A DNA stretch of 64,000 nucleotides. Source: Ferruginibacter sp. (lineage in GTDB: Bacteria > Bacteroidota > Bacteroidia > Chitinophagales > Chitinophagaceae). This document shows, piece by piece, positions 9,908 through 20,881 of this stretch. A model generated the notes under the pieces. It was not told the DNA's origin, made no database searches, and saw only the letters and a list, made by a program, of their open reading frames with translations. Every line of letters starts with the position of its first letter. Positions within the stretch are counted from its first letter, which is position 1. The stretch is from contig JBIIPY010000002.1 of assembly GCA_044342365.1 (NCBI GenBank), positions 34,711-98,710 of the forward strand, written 5' to 3'. The position numbers and the translations under genes were made by a program.

Positions 9908-12454
9908 TTACTTAGGATCCAGTGCCTGATTGATTCTTACTGTCAGGTCTTCCAGATGTGCTTTGCTCATCATGTCGGTGTACAATGGCGCAGCAGCCTT
10001 CATTTCTGCGGCAAGTGATTTGAGGTGCATTCTTGCAACTGAACTTGCATCGCTCGTACTGCTGTAGTTAGATGGTGCTCCAAAACCGCCTCTTCCTGCA
10101 GCAGCTGCAGCAGCCGCTTGATTAGGTTCTTCTAAGTTTGAGATGAGCCTTTCCGCATAAATCTTTTGGAGGTTACGACGGTATACATCAATTGGTTTTT
10201 TGGTAGGCAATTCACTAAAGATACCTTTCTTAAGATCGGTCAACATTTCGTTGGCCGAGTAAGCCGCAGCATTGTCTTCCTGAGCTCTGATTAATTTATC
10301 TAAAGTACTGTTCCCCAATAACCTGTTTAAAACGTTGGATTGTGCACCACTCACAACAGCTAATTTATTGATACCTGTTAAAGAAGGTATGTTGTTTTCA
10401 AACATCCATTTTGGTGTAGTAAACAATTCCTTTTGCAGGAAGGTCATCGCTTCTTTTTGTTTGGCTTTGCTTACATATTCAACAACTGGTCCGGCTTCTT
10501 CAACCATCTTTGGGGTTGTTTGAACACCACCAATATTTTTGGCTACGTGGCCCATGTATCTTTGATACTGTTGCGCTACTTGTCCAAACATATCAGTCAA
10601 TGTACCATAACTTTTATTTTCTTCTTTGGTCCACTCTGGTAATTTAGTTACAATACGTTGTAGGTTTTTTATACCGTAGGTACTTGCCACCATTGCATTA
10701 TCGCCCAAATCTTCGTTTTGTGCACGAGGATCGTCAGGATCTGATTCGGTTAAGAAAAGATGACGTTTGTTTTTTAATTTTTCGATGGTCCATTTGTTCA
10801 GTATAGGCAATTCTGCTTCCGCAGTTTTTGCTTCCGGAATCCAACGGTAACCCCACTCAATAGCCCATTTGTCGTAGTCTCCAATACGAGGGAACAAACC
10901 TTTTTGAGAAATATTGTCTTCGGGTTGTGCTACATAATTAAAACGAGCATAGTCCATAATAGATGGTGTATGACCATTGGCTTCTACCCAACTTTTATCG
11001 CGCAGCTTTTCAACTGGTGTAGTGGAAGAAGAACCGTAGTTATGACGCAGACCCAAGGTGTGTCCTACTTCGTGAGATGATACAAAACGGATGAGTTCTC
11101 CCATCAATGCATCTTCAAATACCAGCGTGCGTGCTTTTGGATCTACTGCAGCCGTTTGTACAAAGTACCAGTTCCGCAATAAACTCATTACGTTGTGGTA
11201 CCAGTTGATGTGTGATTCCAGGATTTCTCCGCTGCGTGGATCGTGAACGTGAGGGCCACTTGCGTTTGGAATATCAGATGGTTTGTAAACGATGGCAGAA
11301 TAGTTAGCGTTTTCTAAGCTCCATTCAGGATCGTTGGCAGGTGCTTCTTTTCCTAAGATGGCATTTTTAAAACCTGCTGCTTCAAATGCAATCTGCCAAT
11401 CATCAACCCCTTTTTTAAGGTACTCTACCCATTTTTTGGGTGTTGCCGGGTCGATGTAAAATATGATTGGTTTTTTAGGTTCTACCAATTCGCCTCTTTT
11501 GTATTTTTCGATGTCCTCTTCTTTTGGTTCTAATTTCCAGCGAGTAATAACTCGAACGCGTTCGATACCCTGTGGATTGGCATCAAAATCGGTATACCCA
11601 GTTGCGAAATAACCAACCCTTGGGTCAAAATATCTTGGTTGCATCACTTTTGCAGGTAGCAAAATCATTGAGCTGCTCAGTTCATAGGTGGTAGGAGAAC
11701 CGGCGCTTGGAGATGGAGGCAAACCCGGAACTGCCGGGGCAGACCTTAGATACGTTTTTACCGTTTTAACCTGTGTATTGCTTGGATAAGATTTGATGGA
11801 TTCAATATAGGAATTATCGCGCTGATAAGCGTTTAAGCCTAAAGAGCGTTTATATCTAGCATCAAAAAACATGATGTCATTATCGCCCATCAAAAAATCT
11901 GTCACTTCTATCACAGAACCTTTGGCTCCTGTGATAGAATCCTTTGCGTAAGCAGCCACTGGGAATGAAGTTGCAATCGGTTGCAGACTAGAGTTGCGTA
12001 CACTTTGGTACATACCGCCGGTGCTGTCAACTGATTTCTCCTGATGTGAAATAGCTTTTACAAAGATTTTATTATTGGGTCCTTTTTCGAATGCAATCAC
12101 ATTTTCGCCAATTTGATCACCTGCATAACCTCCACGTCCTAAATCTGCAGCGGCGGCAGCTTTTGAAATGCGGTTTACAACTAGTATCTCTCTACCCATA
12201 ATCTCATCTGGAATTTCGAAGTAATACTTATCATCTACCTTATGGGTTATCAACAGACCTTTGTCTGTTTTGGCTTTAGAAGTGATAACCTCCGAGTAAG
12301 GTTTTGGCCCCGTAAGCGGTTTTGGTGCTGGGGCTCCTGTGATAGGCGGCGTTGGAGTAGTTCCGGGATTAGCCCCCCCCCCCGTTCTTTGTGCGTCGGC
12401 AACATTGGCAAACAATGAAAGGACTGCAACAAACATGCTTAGAAATATTCTCAT
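9908..12454 (-). CDS. Secreted zinc-dependent metalloprotease (DUF5118/DUF5117/EcxA-like Met-zincin)
   Basis: Signal peptide (ADA|Q), Pro/Gly linker, PRYFDPRVGYF, DPRSGEILESHI, HEVGHTLGLRHN zinc motif and Met-turn SIMDY. Confidence 0.9.
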   Translation of the reverse strand: MRIFLSMFVAVLSLFANVADAQRTGGGANPGTTPTPPITGAPAPKPLTGPKPYSEVITSKAKTDKGLLITHKVDDKYYFEIPDEIMGREILVVNRISKAAAAADLGRGGYAGDQIGENVIAFEKGPNNKIFVKAISHQEKSVDSTGGMYQSVRNSSLQPIATSFPVAAYAKDSITGAKGSVIEVTDFLMGDNDIMFFDARYKRSLGLNAYQRDNSYIESIKSYPSNTQVKTVKTYLRSAPAVPGLPPSPSAGSPTTYELSSSMILLPAKVMQPRYFDPRVGYFATGYTDFDANPQGIERVRVITRWKLEPKEEDIEKYKRGELVEPKKPIIFYIDPATPKKWVEYLKKGVDDWQIAFEAAGFKNAILGKEAPANDPEWSLENANYSAIVYKPSDIPNASGPHVHDPRSGEILESHINWYHNVMSLLRNWYFVQTAAVDPKARTLVFEDALMGELIRFVSSHEVGHTLGLRHNYGSSSTTPVEKLRDKSWVEANGHTPSIMDYARFNYVAQPEDNISQKGLFPRIGDYDKWAIEWGYRWIPEAKTAEAELPILNKWTIEKLKNKRHLFLTESDPDDPRAQNEDLGDNAMVASTYGIKNLQRIVTKLPEWTKEENKSYGTLTDMFGQVAQQYQRYMGHVAKNIGGVQTTPKMVEEAGPVVEYVSKAKQKEAMTFLQKELFTTPKWMFENNIPSLTGINKLAVVSGAQSNVLNRLLGNSTLDKLIRAQEDNAAAYSANEMLTDLKKGIFSELPTKKPIDVYRRNLQKIYAERLISNLEEPNQAAAAAAAGRGGFGAPSNYSSTSDASSVARMHLKSLAAEMKAAAPLYTDMMSKAHLEDLTVRINQALDPK
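12373..12383 (-). repeat. G11 homopolymer in the metalloprotease coding strand
   Basis: 11 consecutive C on the plus strand (ACG GGG GGG GGG GCT on the coding strand), just after the signal peptide. Confidence 0.95.
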
Positions 12455-12775
12455 TTGTGAAAACAAGTTTAGTTTGGTGAATAAAAAAGAAAGGGAAATT
12501 AAACATTGTATGCCATATCAGTGCATTTTGATAAATCGATTTTATTTAAACGAGAAAATTTTTGATGAACGGTATCCATTTAATCGCTATATGGCGGCGG
12601 ACTGAGTGGTTTTAAAGAACCACCCTTATAGCCATATATTAAATTTGATAGAAGCTGTTTAATGTGGAGAGGCTTTTTTTAAAATTTATCTTAACATATT
12701 AGAAGGAAAATAGTTTTTTACTTATCAATAAAAATAATAACATTTATACCTGCAATTAACCAAATCAACCCCTTT

Positions 12776-15700
12776 ATGTTTTTTTTTATTAGAAGCCATT
12801 CTCCCAGACCCATTGTAATATTTTTAACCCTGTTTTTGCTTACCCCGTTTTTATCCTGTAATAAAAAGGCTGTGCAATGGAAATCGGTAGATCCAGCTTA
12901 TTCAAAATATGTAGAAGCTTATAGTACAGGGGTTGTTTCAAAAACGGCCCCCATTATCGTGAAACTGGCCTCAGATGCAAGCACCACGCACTCTGTAGGG
13001 GCGGAAGTGAAAGAAAAATTGTTTTCATTGGTGCCCGCCGTGAAGGGAAAAACGGTGTGGATAGATGCACGTACCATTGAGTTTAAACCTGATAATAATT
13101 TAGCCCCAGATCAGCTGTATGAAATTACTTTTGATTTAGGGAAAGTAACCGCGGTGCCTGATAAATTTGAGAAACTTGTATTCAACATACAAATCCTGAA
13201 ACCTTCTTTTACAGTAACTCAAGAAGGCTTACGGAGTAGTGGTGACAAAACCAATATGTTTCTGGAAGGAAATATTTTAACAGCCGATTGGGAAGAACCT
13301 GCATCCGTAGAAAAACTACTGGTTGCAAAACTCAACAATAGCAAGCTGGCTATTAGCTGGCAACACAGCAATGGCAACAAAACACATCGTTTCAGTATCA
13401 ACCCCATCAAAAGAAATAAAGGGGAACAGCCGTTGCAATTGAGTTGGGACGGCGCTCCATTAAACAGTAACCACAAAGGAGATGTATCGTTAGCTGTTCC
13501 AGCTGAGGGTGATTTTAAACTATTAAATGTAGTAGCTGTAAATGATGTACAACAATATGCTTCCATTCAATTCAGTGATCCTATTGCTATAGACCAAGAC
13601 CTCACTGGCCTTGTTAGTTTTGCCAACCAATCTGATATCACTTATACCATTAATGGCAGTGAAATAAAATTGTATGCTGGTGCTGCGTTGGAAGGTAGTT
13701 TTACTGTAAACAGCAATGCGGGCATCAGAAACAAATGGGGTCAAATACTTGCTGGGAACTTCACTTCAAACATCGTTTTTGAAACTAGAAAACCATCTGT
13801 TAAAATATTTGGAAAAGGCAACATCTTACCCAACAGCGGAAAATTGGTACTGCCTTTTGATGCTGTAAATTTGGCTGCTGTAGACATCAGTATTTTAAAA
13901 ATTTATGAAAACAATGTGCCCCAGTTTTTTCAGGAAAACGAAATGGGCGGCAACAATTCATTGAGAAGAGTAGCCAAACCCATTGTGCAAAAAACACTTC
14001 GATTAGACAATGACAAAAGTTTAGACCTCCACGTAAAACAACGTTTTTCGCTGGATATAGATCAGTTTTTGAAAACAGAACCTGGCGCTATTTATACCAT
14101 CACCATTGGGTTTAGACCAGCCTATTCCTTGTACAGCAAAAATGGAGTGGATACCAGTGCCAAAGACAGTGAAGAAGAAGATTATTATTACGAAGATGAT
14201 TACTACACCAACGACAACAATGGCAAAGATGATGCAGATGCATTCTGGAACAATTACGACAATTTTTATCCCTACGGTTACAACTGGCAAAAAAGAGATG
14301 ACCCTACCCATCGCTCCTATTACAGTAAAGATAAATGGGCCACTCGCAACATTATTGCAAGTAATATTGGCCTTACTGCAAAACGTTCTGGCAATAATCA
14401 TTTACTCGTTGCCGTTAGTGACATTCTGAGTACTGTGCCAATGGCTGGTGTAGCCTTAGAAGTATTGGATTACCAACACCAAGTGATCGGCAAAACCAGC
14501 AGTGCCAGTGACGGTTTCGCCAACATCGACTTAAAACAAAAACCCTATTTACTGATTGCTAAAAAAGGGAAAGAAAGAGGTTATCTTAAAATTGACGATG
14601 GCAATGCACTTGCATTAAGCAGATTTGACGTGAGTGGAGCAGAAATCAAAAACGGCATCAAAGGATTTGTATTTGGCGAGCGAGGTGTATGGAGACCTGG
14701 AGACAGTATTTACCTCAGTTGCATCATCGAAGATAAAACGGGCAACCTTCCTGCCGAACACCCTGTAGAGTTTAGCTTGTATTCGCCACAAGGGCAGTTG
14801 TACCGAAATGCCATACAAACCCTTGGCAGCTATGGTTACCTTGTATTTAAAACCAACACCGATGCAAGCGCACCTACGGGCAACTGGCTGGCGAAAATAA
14901 AAGTAGGAGGCGCTGTGTTTGAAAAAAGAATTAAGATTGAAACGGTTATGCCTAACCGATTAAAAATTAACCTCGATTTTGGCAAAGATCCCATCCTGGG
15001 CAATGGCAGTATCAACAATGGCACCCTCACGGCCGCTTGGTTGTTTGGAGCCCCTGGAAAAAACCTAAAAGCCAAAACAGACGTAGCGCTCAGCAGCAGA
15101 ACCACTACTTTCCCCCAATTTGCCGGATTTGAATTTGACAATCCAGCTACCCCCTATAACACCGTAAGCAAAACCATATATGAAGGAAGTTTGAATGAAG
15201 CGGGCTCCACCATAATACAACCAGATTTTAAGCTTGACGAAAATGCTCCAGGAATGCTCACCGCCAATATTCTAACCAAAGTGTTTGAACCTGGAGGAAG
15301 TTTTAGCATCAATAACATGACGGTTCCCTACAGTCCATTCAGTAGTTATGCCGGCATTAAACTTCCTGCGGGTGAAAAACCATTCGATTTTTTATTAAGT
15401 GGCAAACAACACACCCTTCAAATTGTGAATGTAAATAGAAAGGGTGAGTTGATGAGCGGAACTAATGGCATGGAAATATCTTTTTATAAGATCCAATGGC
15501 GTTGGTGGTGGGATGAAGGGAGCGATAACCTCAGTAATTTTACACAAAATGAATACAACAAACTCATCAAAAAAGAAGAGGTAACCTTAACCAATGGTAG
15601 AGGCCAATGGCAGTTCGGAACTACTGCACAGGAATGGGGACGTTACTTGATTTTAGTGAAAGACAAAGTAAGCGGGCATACTACTGGATCTGCATTTTAT

Positions 15701-18370
15701 ATTGACGAGCCAGGATGGCAAAGCCGTTCTGGTCAGGAAGATCAAACTGCAGCAGCCATGCTTAGCTTCGAAGCCAAAAAAGAAAAATACAATGTGGGCG
15801 AAGAAGTGGTATTGAGCATTCCTTCTGCAAAAGGAGGCAGAATGTTGGTTAGCCTTGAAAATGGCAGCAAAGTGCTGAAACATTTTTGGCAGGAGACCAC
15901 ACAGGGGCAAACCATTGTAAAGTTTAAAGCAGAGGAAGGGATGGCGCCTAACTTGTATGCTACGGTAAGTTTATTGCAACCACATGCCCAAACCATCAAC
16001 GATTTACCCATCAGAATGTATGGCACTATTCCCATTATTGTTGAAGATAAAAACACCATCTTAAAACCCGTTATCAATACACCTGCATCTATACGTCCAG
16101 AAGAAAAGGTATCCGTAACCGTTAGTGAAGAGAATGGAAAAGAAATGACCTACAGCATTGCGGTGGTAGACGAAGGGTTGTTGGATCTTACCAATTACAA
16201 AACGCCCGATCCACACAAAGCATTTTATGCCAGAGAGGCGCTCGGTGTAAAAAGTTTCGATCTGTTTGATTATGTAATTGGTGCCTGGGGCAACGATCTG
16301 GAAAGAATTCTGAGTATTGGAGGTGACAATGATGCAGGACCTGTTACACAAAAAACGGCCAACAGGTTTAAACCGGTCGTAAAATATTTAGGCCCTTTCC
16401 ATTTAAATAAAGGTCAAAAACAAACACAACAATTTACAATGCCTGCCTATATCGGCTCGGTTAAAATGATGGTAGTTGGGGCCCATGAAGGAAGGTATGG
16501 TATGGCTGAAAAAAAAGTGGCAGTAAAAAAACCCTTGATGCTGTTAACCACGATGCCAAGGGTATTGTCGCCAGGTGAAACCATTCAGTTACCCATTACC
16601 GTGTTTGCGATGGAGAACAACATAAAATCGGCGAATGTAACCATTCAAAAAAATGCATTTTTTGAAGTATTGAATGGCGGCAGTCAGCAGTTGTCGTTTT
16701 CTGAAACTGGTGAAAAATTGGCCTATTTTAATGTGCGCATTAAAAATGCGGTTGGCATTGGCAAAGTGAAAATAAATGCGATGAGTGGCAATGAAAAAGC
16801 CACAGATGAAATTGAGATAGATATTAGAAATCCCAATCCCATCATCAACAATGTGCAACAGGTTACCTTACAACCTGGCCAACAATGGCAGGGAACCGCA
16901 GCGCCCATTGGCATAGCTACCAGCAGCAGTGGAAGCATTGAAATATCTTCTATTCCTTCTATGAATCTCCAAAAAAGATTGGGCTATCTAATTCAATATC
17001 CACATGGATGTTTGGAGCAAACAACCTCTGCTGCATTTCCGCAATTGTTGTTGAAACAGTTAACAGATTTGAATGATTTTCAGAAAGCATCGGTAGATAA
17101 AAATGTGAAAGCAGCTATTGGAAAAATGGCCAATTACCATCGTGCCGATGGTGGATTTAATTATTGGCCCGGCAGCAATGATCCAGATGAATGGAGCACC
17201 AACTATGCTGGTCATTTTTTATTAGAAGCCAAAAACAACGGTTACTATGTAAGCGATAATATGCTGCAAATTTGGAAAAACTTCCAAAAAAACAAAGCGA
17301 ATAGCTGGGCACCTTCTACTACTAATTTTTATGGGGGAGATCTTACCCAAGCATATAGATTGTATACTTTGGCACTGGCCAAAGCGCCAGAAATAGGTGC
17401 CATGAATAGGCTTAGAGAGTTTAAATATTTATCTGAGGAAGCAAAGTGGCGGTTGGCTGCAGCTTATCAGCTGGCTGGCAATAACAATGCAGCATTGGAT
17501 CTTATTAGTGGCTTAACCACCACGCCATCTCAAAGGCTTAGTCCTGGCATTAGCTTCGGATCTGCACTCAGAGACCAAGCGATGATTTTAGAAACACTCA
17601 CACTCATGGGTAACCGACAAAAAGCAGGAGAAGTGTTGAATGCCGTGGCGGGTCAATTATCGCAGGACAGTTGGTACAGTACTCAAACCACAGCCTATAG
17701 TTTAATTGCCATTGCAAAGTATTGTGGTAAAAATGCCTCCGATAAAAAAATAATAGCCACTGCCAATATTGCGGGTGTGATCAGTAATATCAACAGCAGT
17801 AGTCACCTTCACCAGATGGCATTGACTTTTAAAAGTGATGACTTGCCTGTGGTCATTAAAAACAATGGAAGCAATGTGTTGTACTTAAGGGTAATTACCC
17901 AAGGACAGCCCCTTACAGGTGATACGGTTTCTGCAGGAAACAATTCTACCTTACTGAGGATGAATATTCAATACATTTCTCAAAATGGGGCTGGCGTAGA
18001 TATTTCAAAACTGCAACAGGGTACCGACTTTATTGCCAAGGTGACGGTAACTAATATTGGTAAATCTGGTACATTCACCCAAATGGCGTTGAGTCAGGTT
18101 TTTGCTTCAGGTTGGGAAATATTAAATGCCAGAATGATGGAAACTGAATCGGCTTTTAAATCATCGGCTTCCAGCTACCAAGATATCAGAGATGACAGGG
18201 TGTATACTTATTTTGACATCTCACAAAATGAAACCCTTACCTATTATATCCAACTAAATGCTGCATATCCGGGCAGGTACTATCTGCCTGCATCACAGTG
18301 CCAGGCTATGTACGACCAACGAATTACGGCTTCGGGTAATGGAAAATGGATTGAAGTAGTTAGACCTTAA
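12776..18370 (+). CDS. Bacterial alpha-2-macroglobulin, lipoprotein, thioester intact
   Basis: Lipobox FLSC, MG2 motif ERGVWRPGD, LSIGGD bait start, thioester YPHGCLEQ (17009-17020), and C-terminal DIRDDRV...AAYPGRYYLP...MYD. Confidence 0.95.
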   Translation: MFFFIRSHSPRPIVIFLTLFLLTPFLSCNKKAVQWKSVDPAYSKYVEAYSTGVVSKTAPIIVKLASDASTTHSVGAEVKEKLFSLVPAVKGKTVWIDARTIEFKPDNNLAPDQLYEITFDLGKVTAVPDKFEKLVFNIQILKPSFTVTQEGLRSSGDKTNMFLEGNILTADWEEPASVEKLLVAKLNNSKLAISWQHSNGNKTHRFSINPIKRNKGEQPLQLSWDGAPLNSNHKGDVSLAVPAEGDFKLLNVVAVNDVQQYASIQFSDPIAIDQDLTGLVSFANQSDITYTINGSEIKLYAGAALEGSFTVNSNAGIRNKWGQILAGNFTSNIVFETRKPSVKIFGKGNILPNSGKLVLPFDAVNLAAVDISILKIYENNVPQFFQENEMGGNNSLRRVAKPIVQKTLRLDNDKSLDLHVKQRFSLDIDQFLKTEPGAIYTITIGFRPAYSLYSKNGVDTSAKDSEEEDYYYEDDYYTNDNNGKDDADAFWNNYDNFYPYGYNWQKRDDPTHRSYYSKDKWATRNIIASNIGLTAKRSGNNHLLVAVSDILSTVPMAGVALEVLDYQHQVIGKTSSASDGFANIDLKQKPYLLIAKKGKERGYLKIDDGNALALSRFDVSGAEIKNGIKGFVFGERGVWRPGDSIYLSCIIEDKTGNLPAEHPVEFSLYSPQGQLYRNAIQTLGSYGYLVFKTNTDASAPTGNWLAKIKVGGAVFEKRIKIETVMPNRLKINLDFGKDPILGNGSINNGTLTAAWLFGAPGKNLKAKTDVALSSRTTTFPQFAGFEFDNPATPYNTVSKTIYEGSLNEAGSTIIQPDFKLDENAPGMLTANILTKVFEPGGSFSINNMTVPYSPFSSYAGIKLPAGEKPFDFLLSGKQHTLQIVNVNRKGELMSGTNGMEISFYKIQWRWWWDEGSDNLSNFTQNEYNKLIKKEEVTLTNGRGQWQFGTTAQEWGRYLILVKDKVSGHTTGSAFYIDEPGWQSRSGQEDQTAAAMLSFEAKKEKYNVGEEVVLSIPSAKGGRMLVSLENGSKVLKHFWQETTQGQTIVKFKAEEGMAPNLYATVSLLQPHAQTINDLPIRMYGTIPIIVEDKNTILKPVINTPASIRPEEKVSVTVSEENGKEMTYSIAVVDEGLLDLTNYKTPDPHKAFYAREALGVKSFDLFDYVIGAWGNDLERILSIGGDNDAGPVTQKTANRFKPVVKYLGPFHLNKGQKQTQQFTMPAYIGSVKMMVVGAHEGRYGMAEKKVAVKKPLMLLTTMPRVLSPGETIQLPITVFAMENNIKSANVTIQKNAFFEVLNGGSQQLSFSETGEKLAYFNVRIKNAVGIGKVKINAMSGNEKATDEIEIDIRNPNPIINNVQQVTLQPGQQWQGTAAPIGIATSSSGSIEISSIPSMNLQKRLGYLIQYPHGCLEQTTSAAFPQLLLKQLTDLNDFQKASVDKNVKAAIGKMANYHRADGGFNYWPGSNDPDEWSTNYAGHFLLEAKNNGYYVSDNMLQIWKNFQKNKANSWAPSTTNFYGGDLTQAYRLYTLALAKAPEIGAMNRLREFKYLSEEAKWRLAAAYQLAGNNNAALDLISGLTTTPSQRLSPGISFGSALRDQAMILETLTLMGNRQKAGEVLNAVAGQLSQDSWYSTQTTAYSLIAIAKYCGKNASDKKIIATANIAGVISNINSSSHLHQMALTFKSDDLPVVIKNNGSNVLYLRVITQGQPLTGDTVSAGNNSTLLRMNIQYISQNGAGVDISKLQQGTDFIAKVTVTNIGKSGTFTQMALSQVFASGWEILNARMMETESAFKSSASSYQDIRDDRVYTYFDISQNETLTYYIQLNAAYPGRYYLPASQCQAMYDQRITASGNGKWIEVVRP

Positions 18371-18420
18371 TAATATCAAAGGCGGATACAATGATATGAT
18401 TGTATCCGCTATTTTACATC

Positions 18421-20811
18421 ATGCTTCCAACTAAAGTAAAAAAATCAAGGTTCAAAACTCAGTATCCATTATGGTTGATAGCATTGCTCTGTGTGTTGCT
18501 CTTGCTTTTTTATTGTTCGCTACCAAATAAAATTTTCGACACACCCACCAGTTATACGATCGAAGATAGATCTGGCAATTTGCTCAATGCGAGTATTGCA
18601 GCAGATGGGCAGTGGCGTTTTCCGCCTCCCGAATTTGTTCCAGCAAAATTCATTGATTGTATCACAACCTTTGAAGACAAGCGGTTTTTTACGCATCCTG
18701 GCGTTGATGTAAAAGCGATGGGAAGAGCATTGTTGTCAAATGTAAAAGGGAATACTACCCAGGGTGGAAGTACCATCAGTATGCAGGTAATTAGATTATC
18801 GCAACAAAACAAACGCACCATCTTTTCAAAAATAAAAGAGAGTGTGCTTGCATTAAGACTTGAGTTTGGTTACAGCAAAAAAGAAATTCTAGCACTGTAT
18901 GCAGCCAATGCCCCTTTTGGTGGTAATGTAGTGGGTTTAGATGCTGCATCCTGGCGGTATTTTGGCCGTAGTGCCCAACATCTAAGCTGGGGAGAAATGG
19001 CTACTTTGGCAGTGCTGCCCAATGCCCCTTCATTGGTTCATCTTGGTAAAAACAGGCAGGCGTTGTTGTTGAAAAGAAACAAACTGCTGCAAAAATTACA
19101 AGAGGCTGGTCGCATCAGTGAAACTGATGCGAGCCTAGCGATGCAGGAACCTTTACCAAACCAACCTTTGGCACTTCCGCAAAGTGCACCACATCTGTTA
19201 CAATTGTTTAAAAAAGAGAATAAGGAATTACAACTCCCTACTGGGATTAGAACCAGCATTGACGGCAACTTGCAGAAAAATGTAAACCAGATCATTGAAC
19301 AACATCACGATGTTTTAAAAGGCAACAACATCAATAATATTTGTGCATTAGTTTTGGATGTTGCTTCTGGCGAAGTTTTGGCTTATGTTGGAAATATTTA
19401 TCAACCCCAAAATAAGGAATTAGAAAGTAATGTTGATATCATACAAGCGCCACGCAGCCCTGGCAGTACGCTCAAACCCATACTGTATGCTGCCATGCTC
19501 AGCGATGGGATGTTGCTACCCAATATGTTGGTGCCCGATATTCCCACGCAGATCAGTGGTTATGCCCCACAGAATTTCGATCTTGGCTATGATGGCGCTG
19601 TTCCCGCAAAACTTGCTCTGGCAAGGAGTTTAAATGTACCCGCTGTTAGGTTGTTGCAGCAATATAAATACCCGAGGCTCTATGAAGTACTTCAGCGATA
19701 TGGTATTCGCACGCTAAAAAATCCGGCTGATTTTTATGGACTCAGTTTGATATTGGGGGGCTGTGAAGTAACCATGTGGGACATGGCAGGCATGTATGCA
19801 TCCTTAGCCAGAATATTAAATGAGCAGCAAAAAAACAGTGGCAATATAAATACTTCAGACATTCATGCACCCTTATACAGAATCGTAAAAAACAAGGCTG
19901 ATAAGAACTATCTGGCAAATTTCCCTATAGATGCTACCTCTATCTACACAACATTTGAAGCCATGCAAGATGTAATGAGGCCAGGAGAGGAAGGCTTATG
20001 GCAACAATTCAATTCATCGAAGCGCATTGCTTGGAAAACCGGTACCAGCTTCGGTTTCAGAGATGCATGGTCTGTTGGCATCACCCCTCAATACGTGGTA
20101 GCGGTATGGGTGGGCAATGCCGATGGAGAGGGAAGAGCAGGACTCACTGGCATTGAAACAGCGGCTCCCGTTATGTTTGATATTTTTAGAAGTCTGCCAG
20201 AAAACGGTAAACGTTGGTTTACAAAACCAACCTTCAATTATAGCTTCGTACCCATTTGTAGGCAAACAGGCTTTAGAGCCAATGTAGATTGCTACGAAAC
20301 AGATACACTGCAAATGCCGCCCTTGGGTGGCAGATCCCCCCTTTGCCCTTACCATACCATTGTGCAGTTAGACGCCACGGGAACTTACCGTGTAAATGAA
20401 GGATGTGAAACACCATCGGCCATGCAACAAAAGTCGTGGTTTGTGTTGCCCCCTACCATTGAATTTTATTACCGGCAACGCAACCATGATTACAAAATTT
20501 TACCTGTATTAAAACCTGGATGTGTGGATGCGAACATGAGTAACCAAATGGAGATTGTATATCCACAACCCAATACCAGTATTTATGTTCCGCTTGAAAT
20601 AGATGGACAAAGAGGCAAAACGGTTTTTACCGCAACCCATAAAAATGCTAATGCCACTATATTTTGGAGCTTGGATGATTCCTTTATGGGAAGTACAGAA
20701 AGATACCATCAACTGGCTTTGAGCCCTGTTGCAGGAAAGCACCTGCTTAACATTACCGATAACAAAGGCAACAGCGTTTCTAGGGTATTTGAGGTGATTG
20801 AAAAAAAATAA
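18421..20811 (+). CDS. pbpC: Penicillin-binding protein 1C
   Basis: Transglycosylase motifs FEDKRF..HPGVD and QGGSTISMQ; transpeptidase motifs SxxK (GSTLKP), SLN and KTGTS; BiPBP_C-like tail; canonical position after A2M. Confidence 0.95.
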   Translation: MLPTKVKKSRFKTQYPLWLIALLCVLLLLFYCSLPNKIFDTPTSYTIEDRSGNLLNASIAADGQWRFPPPEFVPAKFIDCITTFEDKRFFTHPGVDVKAMGRALLSNVKGNTTQGGSTISMQVIRLSQQNKRTIFSKIKESVLALRLEFGYSKKEILALYAANAPFGGNVVGLDAASWRYFGRSAQHLSWGEMATLAVLPNAPSLVHLGKNRQALLLKRNKLLQKLQEAGRISETDASLAMQEPLPNQPLALPQSAPHLLQLFKKENKELQLPTGIRTSIDGNLQKNVNQIIEQHHDVLKGNNINNICALVLDVASGEVLAYVGNIYQPQNKELESNVDIIQAPRSPGSTLKPILYAAMLSDGMLLPNMLVPDIPTQISGYAPQNFDLGYDGAVPAKLALARSLNVPAVRLLQQYKYPRLYEVLQRYGIRTLKNPADFYGLSLILGGCEVTMWDMAGMYASLARILNEQQKNSGNINTSDIHAPLYRIVKNKADKNYLANFPIDATSIYTTFEAMQDVMRPGEEGLWQQFNSSKRIAWKTGTSFGFRDAWSVGITPQYVVAVWVGNADGEGRAGLTGIETAAPVMFDIFRSLPENGKRWFTKPTFNYSFVPICRQTGFRANVDCYETDTLQMPPLGGRSPLCPYHTIVQLDATGTYRVNEGCETPSAMQQKSWFVLPPTIEFYYRQRNHDYKILPVLKPGCVDANMSNQMEIVYPQPNTSIYVPLEIDGQRGKTVFTATHKNANATIFWSLDDSFMGSTERYHQLALSPVAGKHLLNITDNKGNSVSRVFEVIEKK

Positions 20812-20881
20812 AATTATTCAGCTTTATCGCCGCTCATTTTTTACCTTCATCAAAAGTTAAACAACACAAAAACCAACAGTT

